Assembly: GCA_964537875.1 (NCBI GenBank)
Contig: CAZIDN010000010.1
Span: 3,417-67,416, forward strand
Source of the DNA: an uncultured Eubacteriales bacterium
Lineage (GTDB): Bacteria > Acidobacteriota > Aminicenantia > Aminicenantales > UBA4085
Direction of reading: 5' to 3'
Length of the DNA stretch: 64,000 nucleotides
This document shows, one piece after another, positions 22,468 through 31,616 of the stretch. The notes under the pieces are model-generated. The model saw nothing but the letters and a program-made list of their open reading frames with translations, had not been told where the DNA came from and made no database searches. A program made the translations under genes and the position numbers. Within the stretch, counting starts at the first letter, position 1. Every line of letters begins with the position of its first letter.

Positions 22468-25400
22468 GAAAAGCGTCGACAGCCATTTTCCTTTTGCTGC
22501 TCTTATTCGCTGGCGGAGTGTCATTCCTTCGAGCCCAAGACCCTGGAGGAACCATCCAGGGGAAGGTCACCGATAAATCAGGCAACTCCCTCGCCGGGGC
22601 CGTTGTCTATTTATCCTCCCCGGCTTCGCTCGGAATACAGATCTTTGTGACCGGAAAAACCGGAAGTTTCGATTTCCCCGCCCTAGCACCCGGCGTGTAC
22701 ACCATTTCTGCGGAAACGCCCGGGTATCAAACCCTCGTCCGCGATCGGATCATCCTTCACGCCGGCATGTCTTTTTTCTTTCCTCTCGAACTGGGCCCCT
22801 CGGAGCAGGAAGTGGAAGTCTCGGCCCAAGGCCCCGTACCGGCCCTGGATACGACTTCATCAAAGAGAGCGGCCGTCATAGATCAGGCTCTGGTGCGCCA
22901 CATCCCGCTGGCCCGGAATCTTGCCGATGTCTTGAACTTCGCTCCCGGTGTCATCTCATCCGAATTCCCGGTTCACCAAGAAGCTTCCATCTACGGCGGC
23001 ACGGTACGGGACAACGCTTACATCCTGGATGGAGTCAACCTGACCGACATGTTCACCATGGCTCCTCTCCTCAATCTCAGCCTCGACTTGATGGACGAAA
23101 TCGAAATCATCTCCGCCGGGCAGCCCGCCTCCCAACTTCCCGCGGGGGGCGCCTATGTGAATGTGATCACCAAGTCAGGAGGCAATTCCTTTTCCGGGGA
23201 ACTGGGCCTTTTTTTCATAAGCGAAGGCTTGAATAAAGATCTGTGGACGGCTTCTCAGATCAAGGACTTGGGCGTGGGCCCGGTGGTGGGCGATAAGAAC
23301 CTCTTCGATGCGTCCCTAAGCCTGGGAGGTCTCTTCTGGGCCGAACGCGCCTGGTATTTTTTGAACGGCCGATACTTCAAGAAATCCCTGGCCGTCAATT
23401 TCATCGGCCCCTACCAAGACATTCTGGGCAGACAGCACGATACTTACGACTGGTCGCGCCGAGACACATCAGGATCCTTCAAGCTCTCGCTAAGGCCCAT
23501 CTCCGATGCCAAATTCACAGCCTGGATCAATATGGGTGACGTCTATCAGCCGGTGTACGAAGATCCCTCGGCCCGCCTGCCCTACCTCTCTACAAAAATC
23601 TTGGATCACGAAAAATCTTTCATTCTTCACGGGATCCTGGACTACACCCTCAGTCCAAACGCTCAAGCCTTCGTCGGTGCCGCCTACATCAACAGGAATA
23701 TTCCCACCCATCTCCAAGGGGAAGCCCTCAGTCTCTCCTGGACCGATGACGCGGGAGACCTCTACGGCCCCCTGAGCGGCGCCGATTACAATTCGGATAT
23801 CAAGAGGCAGCGGATACAGGCCGACGCTTCCCTCCGGATATTCGCGGAGAATATCCTCGGAACATCTCATACGTTCAGCGCGGGTGCGGATTTAATCGAT
23901 TCCACCTCGAACCTTGACTGGTGGAGGCAGGACAACATGCTTTTATACCTGGACAGCCGCAACGCGGGCAATTCTTATTATGAAGACCGCGGGCTTTTGG
24001 CCTTCTGGAATTGCGGCTCCGAACAGGGCTCCAGTCTCCCTTCGGGCCGGTCTGAGCAGTTGGGAGTCTACGTGACGGATTCTTTCACAATAGCCAAAAG
24101 ATTGACCTTCAACCTCGGGCTTCGCTTCGAGCGTTCATGGGGATGGTTTCCTTCCGCCACCAAGACTATATCCGGAAATCCCTTATCGCTCTTCGTCGGG
24201 GATGCGCTTCTCAACCCCTATCTCAAGGCCTTCTATTCTGATTACTTCCCCGAAGGTTTCAACCCTTGGGGTCAGTTCGCGATGGCAGAGCTGGGAGGCA
24301 TCATTTCCTGGAACGCCCTCTCCCCGCGGGCCGGGTTCGCCTTCGATATTTGGGGAGACAATAAAACTGTTTTGAAAGCCTCATACGCCCGCTATGCGGA
24401 CGCACTCTCTCACCGCTATTTTTTGCCCCTCAACCCTCTCTATCCTCAGAATTTCCCCATCTATTGGTTGGACGCCAACGGTGACGGCCAGCCCGACGTG
24501 GAAGATGAGTTCGAACTCTCATCCCTGGATTATCGGTTTCTCTCGGGTTCTTTCGCTCAGAATCGGGTGGCGAGCACAATCAAGGCTCCGGTCACGGAGG
24601 ATATCTCCATCGGCCTCGATCATGAGCTCGTCAAGGATTTCACTCTCGGTCTCCATTTTATCTCAAGGAAACAGACGAACATCCTCGAAGATGTCCTCTA
24701 TGCCCCGGACACCGGAGAATATTGGTATGCTCCTGGCCAGGCCGCAACCCAGAAGTACTGGATCCCCTTCACGACCACCGTCCCCGGCACCGATTCCCAC
24801 CCAAGCCAGACCGTCACGCTTTATGCCAAATCCCTTGAAGCCCCGCCGGTCTTCCTGCAGCTGCAAAACGTCCCCGAGCTCGAGCGAAAATACCGGGCCC
24901 TGGAATTCGTCTTTAACAAACGCATGTCCCGGGGCTGGCAGCTGGCCGGTTCCCTGGTCCTGAGTAAAACAGAGGGAAACCTCGGCGGCTTCGCCGACGA
25001 GACGACGGGCTTCACGGCAGCGGCCAACAGCCCCAACTTTTTTATCAACCGGTATGGGCGCCTGGACACGGACAGGCCTGTGCAGATCAAGCTTATGGGA
25101 TCGGTGGAGCTCCCCTACCAATTCTGGCTCAGCGCCTTTTTTCAATATCAGAGCGGCCGTCCCTGGCAAAGATGGGCGCAGATTCTCCCTCCGGCCGACT
25201 GGTGCCTAGCCCACAATGTCGAAAGAATTTATTACACCATCAACCTCGAGGCTCCGGGCAGCCGTAGAGAAAAGGCCTGGTCCTCCCTCGACTTGAGGCT
25301 GGAAAAGGAATGGAAACTTTTTGCTTCGGGCAAAGTGGGATTGTTCATCGATGTCACCAATCTGCTGAGCTTTACGACCTCGTTGGTCGGGTTGAACGAT

Positions 25401-25532
25401 ATCGACCGCTGGGAGCCGGCTGGCGAGGGAGCGGGGCAGCCCGGCCTGAAATTTCTGCAACCCGATTACCAGCTCACGAGCGCCCTCTACGGCAAACGGA
25501 CGTTCCGCCTCGGATTCAGGCTGGATTTTTAA
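22464..25532 (+). CDS. TonB-dependent-receptor-like outer membrane beta-barrel with N-terminal carboxypeptidase-regulatory-like domain
   Basis: TTG start 6 nt after aggagg; it overlaps the upstream stop by 4 nt (TTGA). Signal peptide MRKASTAIFLLLLLFAGGVSFLRAQ, then a CarbD_reg-like GTIQGKVTDKSGNSLAGAVVYL, a plug-like region and a long barrel. The protein ends FRLGFRLDF, with an aromatic C-terminus. Confidence 0.75.
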   Translation: MRKASTAIFLLLLLFAGGVSFLRAQDPGGTIQGKVTDKSGNSLAGAVVYLSSPASLGIQIFVTGKTGSFDFPALAPGVYTISAETPGYQTLVRDRIILHAGMSFFFPLELGPSEQEVEVSAQGPVPALDTTSSKRAAVIDQALVRHIPLARNLADVLNFAPGVISSEFPVHQEASIYGGTVRDNAYILDGVNLTDMFTMAPLLNLSLDLMDEIEIISAGQPASQLPAGGAYVNVITKSGGNSFSGELGLFFISEGLNKDLWTASQIKDLGVGPVVGDKNLFDASLSLGGLFWAERAWYFLNGRYFKKSLAVNFIGPYQDILGRQHDTYDWSRRDTSGSFKLSLRPISDAKFTAWINMGDVYQPVYEDPSARLPYLSTKILDHEKSFILHGILDYTLSPNAQAFVGAAYINRNIPTHLQGEALSLSWTDDAGDLYGPLSGADYNSDIKRQRIQADASLRIFAENILGTSHTFSAGADLIDSTSNLDWWRQDNMLLYLDSRNAGNSYYEDRGLLAFWNCGSEQGSSLPSGRSEQLGVYVTDSFTIAKRLTFNLGLRFERSWGWFPSATKTISGNPLSLFVGDALLNPYLKAFYSDYFPEGFNPWGQFAMAELGGIISWNALSPRAGFAFDIWGDNKTVLKASYARYADALSHRYFLPLNPLYPQNFPIYWLDANGDGQPDVEDEFELSSLDYRFLSGSFAQNRVASTIKAPVTEDISIGLDHELVKDFTLGLHFISRKQTNILEDVLYAPDTGEYWYAPGQAATQKYWIPFTTTVPGTDSHPSQTVTLYAKSLEAPPVFLQLQNVPELERKYRALEFVFNKRMSRGWQLAGSLVLSKTEGNLGGFADETTGFTAAANSPNFFINRYGRLDTDRPVQIKLMGSVELPYQFWLSAFFQYQSGRPWQRWAQILPPADWCLAHNVERIYYTINLEAPGSRREKAWSSLDLRLEKEWKLFASGKVGLFIDVTNLLSFTTSLVGLNDIDRWEPAGEGAGQPGLKFLQPDYQLTSALYGKRTFRLGFRLDF

Positions 25533-26424
25533 AAGACTCCAGGTGATCCACCAAGAGCCGGCGGGCGATCCGGATCACGGCCGGCATCATTTCTTCTCCG
25601 ACAAGATCCATGGCTTTGATCGGCTTGGCAAAAGAAATGTGGACATGGGTCTGGATGCTCCGCGGAAAGATCACCTGCTGGCTGATCTGAAGGACTTCGG
25701 CCAGCTTCTGCCTCGCCGGGGCGGTCTTCCGGATCCGAACGATAGGGCTGCGGACGAACTTCGGCAGTAGCACGCCGCTGGCAATGACCACCTGAAGCCA
25801 GGTCTCGGGAACTCTGCGGAGCATGATTTCAAGGCTGTGGGACCAATCTTGAATAGCTTCGTCGGCGCCCGGTCCCAGTTCCGGGTCGGGCTCAACATCA
25901 CCATGAGCAAAAGTCAGCAGCGCCCCTCCTCTTTTGAGATGATCCATCGAAGCCCGCAGCGCCGTCCTTCGGCCGGCGGCATCCGGGGGGACGTAGATGA
26001 AGTATCGACGGGCGATGGAGAAGGCTCGGGTGAATGGAACATCCGAAAGAACGACCTTGAGGTCTTTCCTGGGAATACAGGACATGATGGCCACGGAATC
26101 AAACGCGCCGGGGTGGTTAGAGGCCACAAGCAGAGGTCCGTCGACGGGGATATTTTCTATTCCTCGACCGGTAGCCTTGACCGAAAGATCAGGCAAGATC
26201 CGGCGGGCGCCGCCGCTTAATCCCGAAGATCCGACTTCTCTATCCACACAGGCAGCCATCCGGCCGAATCGTCCGGCGGGATACCTGAATAAAGGCCCCA
26301 GCCATCGGCGCATCAGACCGCTGCGCGAGATGCCGAAGGCATAACAGATTTCATCGATAATTTTTTCTCTATAAGCGGAAACGTGTTCCGGCTCTGATGA
26401 TCGGCTCGCACGTTTGGGAATCAT
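25516..26424 (-). CDS. PlsC-family lysophospholipid acyltransferase
   Basis: The NHxxxxD motif is present (LLVASNHPGAFDS). A later FAHGDVE segment is consistent with the family. Confidence 0.7.
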   Translation of the reverse strand: MIPKRASRSSEPEHVSAYREKIIDEICYAFGISRSGLMRRWLGPLFRYPAGRFGRMAACVDREVGSSGLSGGARRILPDLSVKATGRGIENIPVDGPLLVASNHPGAFDSVAIMSCIPRKDLKVVLSDVPFTRAFSIARRYFIYVPPDAAGRRTALRASMDHLKRGGALLTFAHGDVEPDPELGPGADEAIQDWSHSLEIMLRRVPETWLQVVIASGVLLPKFVRSPIVRIRKTAPARQKLAEVLQISQQVIFPRSIQTHVHISFAKPIKAMDLVGEEMMPAVIRIARRLLVDHLESFKNPA

Positions 26425-26447
26425 GAATTCCGCGGGGCCGTCCCCCT

Positions 26448-27314
26448 TCAGACCAGACTAAACGGGTCGGGGAGATCGTCCGGCGGGACTTCGAGCTTCT
26501 CGGGATTCTCGACGAAATCGGTCAGGAGGGTGATCGTCGTCGCATAATAGACGCCGTCGGTGATGCGTTCATCGAGGCTGAATTTCATGTCCACGACCTC
26601 TTGGACTTCGAGCTCGCCGCGGTCATTGACGACCGGCTCCTTCTTCCGTTTGCCGACAACGACAAAGAACGGCGCGTTCCCCCATTCAAACATGTGGTGG
26701 AAAACGGCGTCGAGGCCGATGCTGCCGAGGTTGGCAAGATAGACGCTGGTGTAGAGAGCGTCCCCCTTGATGAACGACGCCGGCAGCCAGCCAAAGTAGT
26801 CGAGGGTCCGGACCGCCCAAAAGACGAGGCGGGTGGCGGTCCGGGGCAGCTTGGTGACGAAGTCGCTCATCTTTTCATCAGACGAGCTGCTGCTCCGCTT
26901 GGTCGCCTGGACGGCAGGAGCGACGCGGTCGACCACATCGGCGATCGTGGAACGCGGGTTGAAGCTGATCTTAACGTTGGTCTCGCTCGCTTGTTCGCTG
27001 AGCTCCCGCTTCACGACGAACGACAGGTCGATGGATCGACGCTGGTAGATGCGACGTCCGACGACAAAGCGATTGGCATCCGGCCTCAAGGCCAAGGTGC
27101 GCACGCCCGCCGCCAAGACGACATGGAAGAGCGTAATTTTTTTCTCCCGGCCGACATTGGCCCGGTCGAGCCAAGCCAGGGCATGTCCGATCTTCACCCG
27201 CTGGGGATAATAGATCGTCGACTCGGTGCGCGTCCGCATGATAAAAGGGAAAATCTTGCGAAAACCGGGCAGCTTCCGCAACAAAACTCCGTCACTGCGA
27301 TCGCCAAAGGCCAT
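26448..27314 (-). CDS. CAT-like / 2-oxoacid dehydrogenase E2 catalytic-domain family acyltransferase (hypothetical)
   Basis: Has the HH...DG arrangement (AVFHHMFEWG; SLDERITDGVYYA) expected of CoA-dependent acyltransferases of the CAT/E2 fold. There is no lipoyl domain. Confidence 0.45.
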   Translation of the reverse strand: MAFGDRSDGVLLRKLPGFRKIFPFIMRTRTESTIYYPQRVKIGHALAWLDRANVGREKKITLFHVVLAAGVRTLALRPDANRFVVGRRIYQRRSIDLSFVVKRELSEQASETNVKISFNPRSTIADVVDRVAPAVQATKRSSSSSDEKMSDFVTKLPRTATRLVFWAVRTLDYFGWLPASFIKGDALYTSVYLANLGSIGLDAVFHHMFEWGNAPFFVVVGKRKKEPVVNDRGELEVQEVVDMKFSLDERITDGVYYATTITLLTDFVENPEKLEVPPDDLPDPFSLV

Positions 27315-27326
27315 GATGCCCTCCCC

Positions 27327-28706
27327 TTATCGCTTTGGGGGCCGGGATACGAACGGGACGTCGTCCCGGACATAAACCACGCCCGGCGCCCTGATCAGGC
27401 TTTGAAGCTCCTCGTCGGAAAGATCGTCCTTGATTTCGACCGAAATATGCTTCGCGAGATAAAGCTTTCGATTGGTCGAGTCGATGAGACCGGCGATCCG
27501 GATATAGGTCTTAGCCGAGGCCTTGTCCGTGGCGACCGTCACCAGGTCGTCCCGGATGATGACCGCCCGGACGACCGGATCCGCCGAGACCTTTTTTGTG
27601 AAGGAGGTGAGCTTGCGCATCTTCCTGTTCCGCATGCCTCGATAGACGAAAAAAGCGATGAACGCCATGCCGATCAGGTTCCCCCATTGGAGTTTCGTAA
27701 AAATGAAGACGCCCATCAGAACGACAACGGCGGCCAGGACGAGAAGCCCCCAGGTGCCGAAGGGAAACGACGTCCGAAGCCATTCCGCCCATCCTCGGAG
27801 GCGTTCCACAGGAGGGAGAGACGTGCGTGTTCCGGTCTCGAGGTCATGCTTCAGGTGCTTGAGATCGACCGCCAGGGCGTGAGCGTCCGGATAGCGGTCT
27901 TCGGGACGCTTCCTCAGGCAACGGGAAATAATGCGATGCAGCTGCGGCGGCATGTTCCGGCGAATGATCGTCACGGGTTTTGGTTCCTCGAAAGCGATAG
28001 CGTGCATCGTGTCCAAGGGAGTCTCTCCCTTGAAGGGCCGCTCTCCCGTCACCATCTCATAAAGGACGATGCCAAGAGAAAAGATATCGCTGGCCGGGCC
28101 CAGAGACTTGCCCCGCGCTTGCTCGGGGCTCATATAGTTGATCGTGCCCATCACCGCCCCGGCCAGAGTGTGGGCCTGTTCCATGGTCAGCGTCCGGCTA
28201 ATGTCCGGCAGGTCTCCGGCATCCTCCGGGTAGGTCTCCAGGAGCTTGGCCAGGCCAAAGTCGAGGAGCTTGGCGTGACCGTCCCGGGTGACCTTGATGT
28301 TGTCCGACTTGATGTCCCGATGGATGATCTTTTGCTGGTGGGCACGGGCCAGGCCTTCGGCGACCTGAAGAGCGATCTCGACCGATCCCATGAGATCCAG
28401 CTCGCCGTTCGCGATCAATTGGGAGACGGTCTTGCCATCGATATACTCCATTGCGATGAACATCGTGCCGGCGTCTTCGTCGATGTCAAAGATCTGAGCG
28501 ATGGCGGGGTGGCTGAGGGCAGCGGCGGACCGGGCTTCGAGAAGAAACCGCTTTCTCCGGTCTGCGTTCGAGACAAGATCCGGCTTGAGGACTTTTAAGG
28601 CAACCGGACGCTGGAGCCGCATATCCGTGGCCAAATAGACGACTCCCATGCCTCCCTGGCCGAGAAGGTTTTCGACGGCGTAATGTTTAAGAGTCCGGCC
28701 GATCAT
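27327..28706 (-). CDS. Hanks-type Ser/Thr protein kinase with two TM helices and C-terminal domain of unknown function
   Basis: Kinase motifs GQGGMGVVY, AL-KVLK, HRDIKSDNI, DFGLAK and SPEQ are all present. Two hydrophobic helices follow, then a ~110-aa tail. Confidence 0.9.
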   Translation of the reverse strand: MIGRTLKHYAVENLLGQGGMGVVYLATDMRLQRPVALKVLKPDLVSNADRRKRFLLEARSAAALSHPAIAQIFDIDEDAGTMFIAMEYIDGKTVSQLIANGELDLMGSVEIALQVAEGLARAHQQKIIHRDIKSDNIKVTRDGHAKLLDFGLAKLLETYPEDAGDLPDISRTLTMEQAHTLAGAVMGTINYMSPEQARGKSLGPASDIFSLGIVLYEMVTGERPFKGETPLDTMHAIAFEEPKPVTIIRRNMPPQLHRIISRCLRKRPEDRYPDAHALAVDLKHLKHDLETGTRTSLPPVERLRGWAEWLRTSFPFGTWGLLVLAAVVVLMGVFIFTKLQWGNLIGMAFIAFFVYRGMRNRKMRKLTSFTKKVSADPVVRAVIIRDDLVTVATDKASAKTYIRIAGLIDSTNRKLYLAKHISVEIKDDLSDEELQSLIRAPGVVYVRDDVPFVSRPPKR

Positions 28707-28866
28707 GGGATTCTCCTGGCTAATGACTCAGCCATAAAAATCCGCTTTTCATCGCCGGGGCTATTTTGCTCCCTTTGGCGATCAAATTCTCTGCGCTGAC
28801 GTCTCGAGGGCAATATAATCCTCTCCCCAGCCGCCGTCAAGAAGACAAGTCTCCGTTCGAGCGGGG

Positions 28867-31371
28867 CTATTTTTTCGGCTCCAGGATCATGGTGATCTGA
28901 TCCCTCAAGTCCTCCAGGTGTGTCTTGGTGACCGTATCAACGGCCGTGCCGGCCTTGTTCACCAGGAGGTTCTGGAGGGCTTTCAGTTCAGCGCGGATCG
29001 CTCCGCGGCTGTCGTCGCTGCGGAGGCCGGCGCTCACGACTGGCACGGCGGCAGCCGAGGCCGTGGCTTGAGCCGGGGCAAGGCGACTGCCGAGCAGCTC
29101 GATATAGGCACGCTGCAAGTTGCGCCGGTAGGGATCGATCTTCACGGCCTCGACCTGAAGCTCGGTGAAAACGCCACCACGCAGGTCCATCAGGAGCTGA
29201 GCGATGGTGTAGGCCTTATCGCCTAATATGGCCTCATGTTCCTGAAGGCGGCTCACCCGGTTCTGCCGGAGAAGGTTGTTCAAGACGCTCTGCTGGAGGG
29301 ATGCCAACCGAGCTTGCCCGCTGGTCGGCTCCAGCTTGCCCAGAATCTCGGTGGGGAATAGCCAGGCGGGAGTCTGGAAAATATTCTCGTTGAGGAACGA
29401 AACGGCCTCCTGCTGGCGGGCCTTGGCCACGGGCGTGAAGCGCACGCCGGTCGCCAACCCAACCTTCGGCTGGCTGTCGAATCCGCCCACGATGTTGGCG
29501 ACGTGCCCCAGCTCGTAGGAAAGCTGGCTCGAGACTGCGGCGTACATGTGATCCAGCTGGCGGTAGTCCTCTCCCGGTTTGAGCACGGCCCGAGGCAGCA
29601 TATCCATCACCCGGTGAAGATTCTTGATGCCGAGCCCCGTGGCCTTAACGGCGTCGATATCGCCCACAGCCTCGGACTGCTCGCCAGGATCGGTGCCGAG
29701 GCTGCCGGCCGTGTTGAATCGCAGCCAAGGTGTGGTCTCCTGGACCTTGCACCATTCGCTGAGAACCGGCTTCTCTTCATCGGGGGTCTTGGCGGAGGGA
29801 ATAGGCGTATATCCCCATTTGATCGAGAAAATATCATAGGGCCCGATCTTGGGGATCAGGTCGTCGGGATCGATGCCGTCCTCGGGCTGGGCCACGTAAT
29901 TGAAGCGGCTGTAGTCCATCAGAGTCGGAACATGGCTGTTCTTCTTCACCCAGGCCTTGTCCCTGATCTTCTCGATAGGATAGGTAGCGCTGGCCTTGAA
30001 GTTGTGGGGCAACCCCAGAGAATGGCCCACCTCGTGGGTTACGACGTAAAGAAGGATCTTGCCCATGACCTCGTCCGGGACGGGCAGGGTTTTGCAACGC
30101 GGATCCAGGGGGCCCACCTGGGTCCAGTACCAGTCCCGGGCCAGCTGTTGGACATTGTGGTAGACCTCCACGTCGGCCTCGAGAATCTCGCCGCTGCGCG
30201 GGTCGGATACGTGAGGGCCCATGGCATTGGCCACGGTGGACGGCACCCAACGGATCACGGAAATGCGGGCGTCGTCGGCGCTCCAATCGGGATCCTGCTC
30301 CGGCGTCGGGGCTTCCTTGGCCTGGATGGCCTTGATGAACCCGGCTTCCTCGAAGGCGGGCTGCCAGGCCTCGATGCCCTTTATTATATAAGGCACCCAA
30401 CGCTTGGGAGTGGCGGGGTCCACGTAAAAGACGATGGGCTTGACGGGCTCGCTCTTGGCCGTACCAGGATTCTTCTTCTCCAAGCGCCAACGGGCGATGA
30501 AATCCCGTCTCGTGGTCTCATGGTCCGGGCGGCCGTAATCCGTGTGGCTGTGAGTGAAGTAGCCTACCCGGGTGTCCGCCAACCGGCCCATCATGGGCCT
30601 TTCCGGCAGCTTGACAAAGGAATAATGGATGACCGCCGTGGGGCTGGGAGGAGACGGCAGGAGATAAGCCAGCTGAGGTAGAAAGCCGGCCGGCAACTGC
30701 GGCGGCGTGGGGTTGAAAGTCTGGGTCGCCTCGACATTCAAGTTGAGGGGATAGACCTTGACTTTGTCGAAGAAAGTGCGGGAAGCATCCAGCGAAGCGC
30801 CCTGGAGAAGTTTTTTCACCGGGATCTCGTTCACGTCGCTGGTAAAGAGCTTGGTCGAATCGATGACCGGCGCGCCGTCGGCGGCAAATGCCTCCACCGG
30901 AAAAGCCATGATGATGGTCGCGGTATTCATGGCATCCACGGCCCGGCTGATAGGATTGTTGGGATCTGCGATGTTGGCGTAGGAGACGGCCCGCAGCAGG
31001 ACCTTGTTCTCCCGCAGCTGCCAGCGGACGACCATATTTCCCGCAGACTGACCGGGGTAGCTCGTGCCGCTCGGGCTTTTCTTGATCTGGACGACAAGCA
31101 GGAGATCCTTTTCCAGCTCCCCTTTCGGGATTTCGATCAGGACCTTCCCTTTGTTGGTGTGAACCTTGAAGAGTCCGGCCTGGCTTTTGAACTCGGGCGT
31201 GACGACCTGGTCATAAGGCTTGGGCTCGGTTTCACCGGGCCGGCCGGGCGCTGCCGGTGTCTGCTTGGTTTCTGCGGGCGGCTTGGCCGCCTGCGGATCT
31301 TTGGGCTTTTCCTGGGCAAACGCCCAGGCGGCCAGGGTCATGGTTAAGATAACAGACAAGAACCGCTTCAT
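28867..31371 (-). CDS. secreted zinc metalloprotease (metzincin-like HExxHxxGxxH; DUF4953/DUF5117-type)
   Basis: Start placed at the internal ATG at 31371, which follows a caaggagg RBS. Signal peptide MKRFLSVILTMTLAAWAFAQ. Zinc site HEVGHSLGLPHN. Confidence 0.7.
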   Translation of the reverse strand: MKRFLSVILTMTLAAWAFAQEKPKDPQAAKPPAETKQTPAAPGRPGETEPKPYDQVVTPEFKSQAGLFKVHTNKGKVLIEIPKGELEKDLLLVVQIKKSPSGTSYPGQSAGNMVVRWQLRENKVLLRAVSYANIADPNNPISRAVDAMNTATIIMAFPVEAFAADGAPVIDSTKLFTSDVNEIPVKKLLQGASLDASRTFFDKVKVYPLNLNVEATQTFNPTPPQLPAGFLPQLAYLLPSPPSPTAVIHYSFVKLPERPMMGRLADTRVGYFTHSHTDYGRPDHETTRRDFIARWRLEKKNPGTAKSEPVKPIVFYVDPATPKRWVPYIIKGIEAWQPAFEEAGFIKAIQAKEAPTPEQDPDWSADDARISVIRWVPSTVANAMGPHVSDPRSGEILEADVEVYHNVQQLARDWYWTQVGPLDPRCKTLPVPDEVMGKILLYVVTHEVGHSLGLPHNFKASATYPIEKIRDKAWVKKNSHVPTLMDYSRFNYVAQPEDGIDPDDLIPKIGPYDIFSIKWGYTPIPSAKTPDEEKPVLSEWCKVQETTPWLRFNTAGSLGTDPGEQSEAVGDIDAVKATGLGIKNLHRVMDMLPRAVLKPGEDYRQLDHMYAAVSSQLSYELGHVANIVGGFDSQPKVGLATGVRFTPVAKARQQEAVSFLNENIFQTPAWLFPTEILGKLEPTSGQARLASLQQSVLNNLLRQNRVSRLQEHEAILGDKAYTIAQLLMDLRGGVFTELQVEAVKIDPYRRNLQRAYIELLGSRLAPAQATASAAAVPVVSAGLRSDDSRGAIRAELKALQNLLVNKAGTAVDTVTKTHLEDLRDQITMILEPKK

Positions 31372-31616
31372 GAAAAACCTCCTTGTGGCAAAAGGTGAAA
31401 TCCCCCACGCGTTTATAATCGCATCAAAATCTTTCTTGGACTCGGGAAAACCTGTTTTTTTCTTCTCGCATCGGGGACAGGAATGAAACATAGCACTCCG
31501 GCCGAACATCTGTCAACGACAAAAAAATCCGCGCCGGCCGGCTTGCAATCGTCCTTCTAAATGATTTACGATTCCGGCTAAGAATCGACCGGAGTCCGAA
31601 CTCGAAGGAGGATTTC

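Noticed and set aside
26601-28598. 665-aa plus-strand ORF
   Set aside because: It lies antisense to the Ser/Thr kinase and acyltransferase genes, whose motifs are unambiguous. Its translation is low-complexity and Arg/Asp/Gly-rich, which is typical of shadow ORFs in GC-rich DNA.
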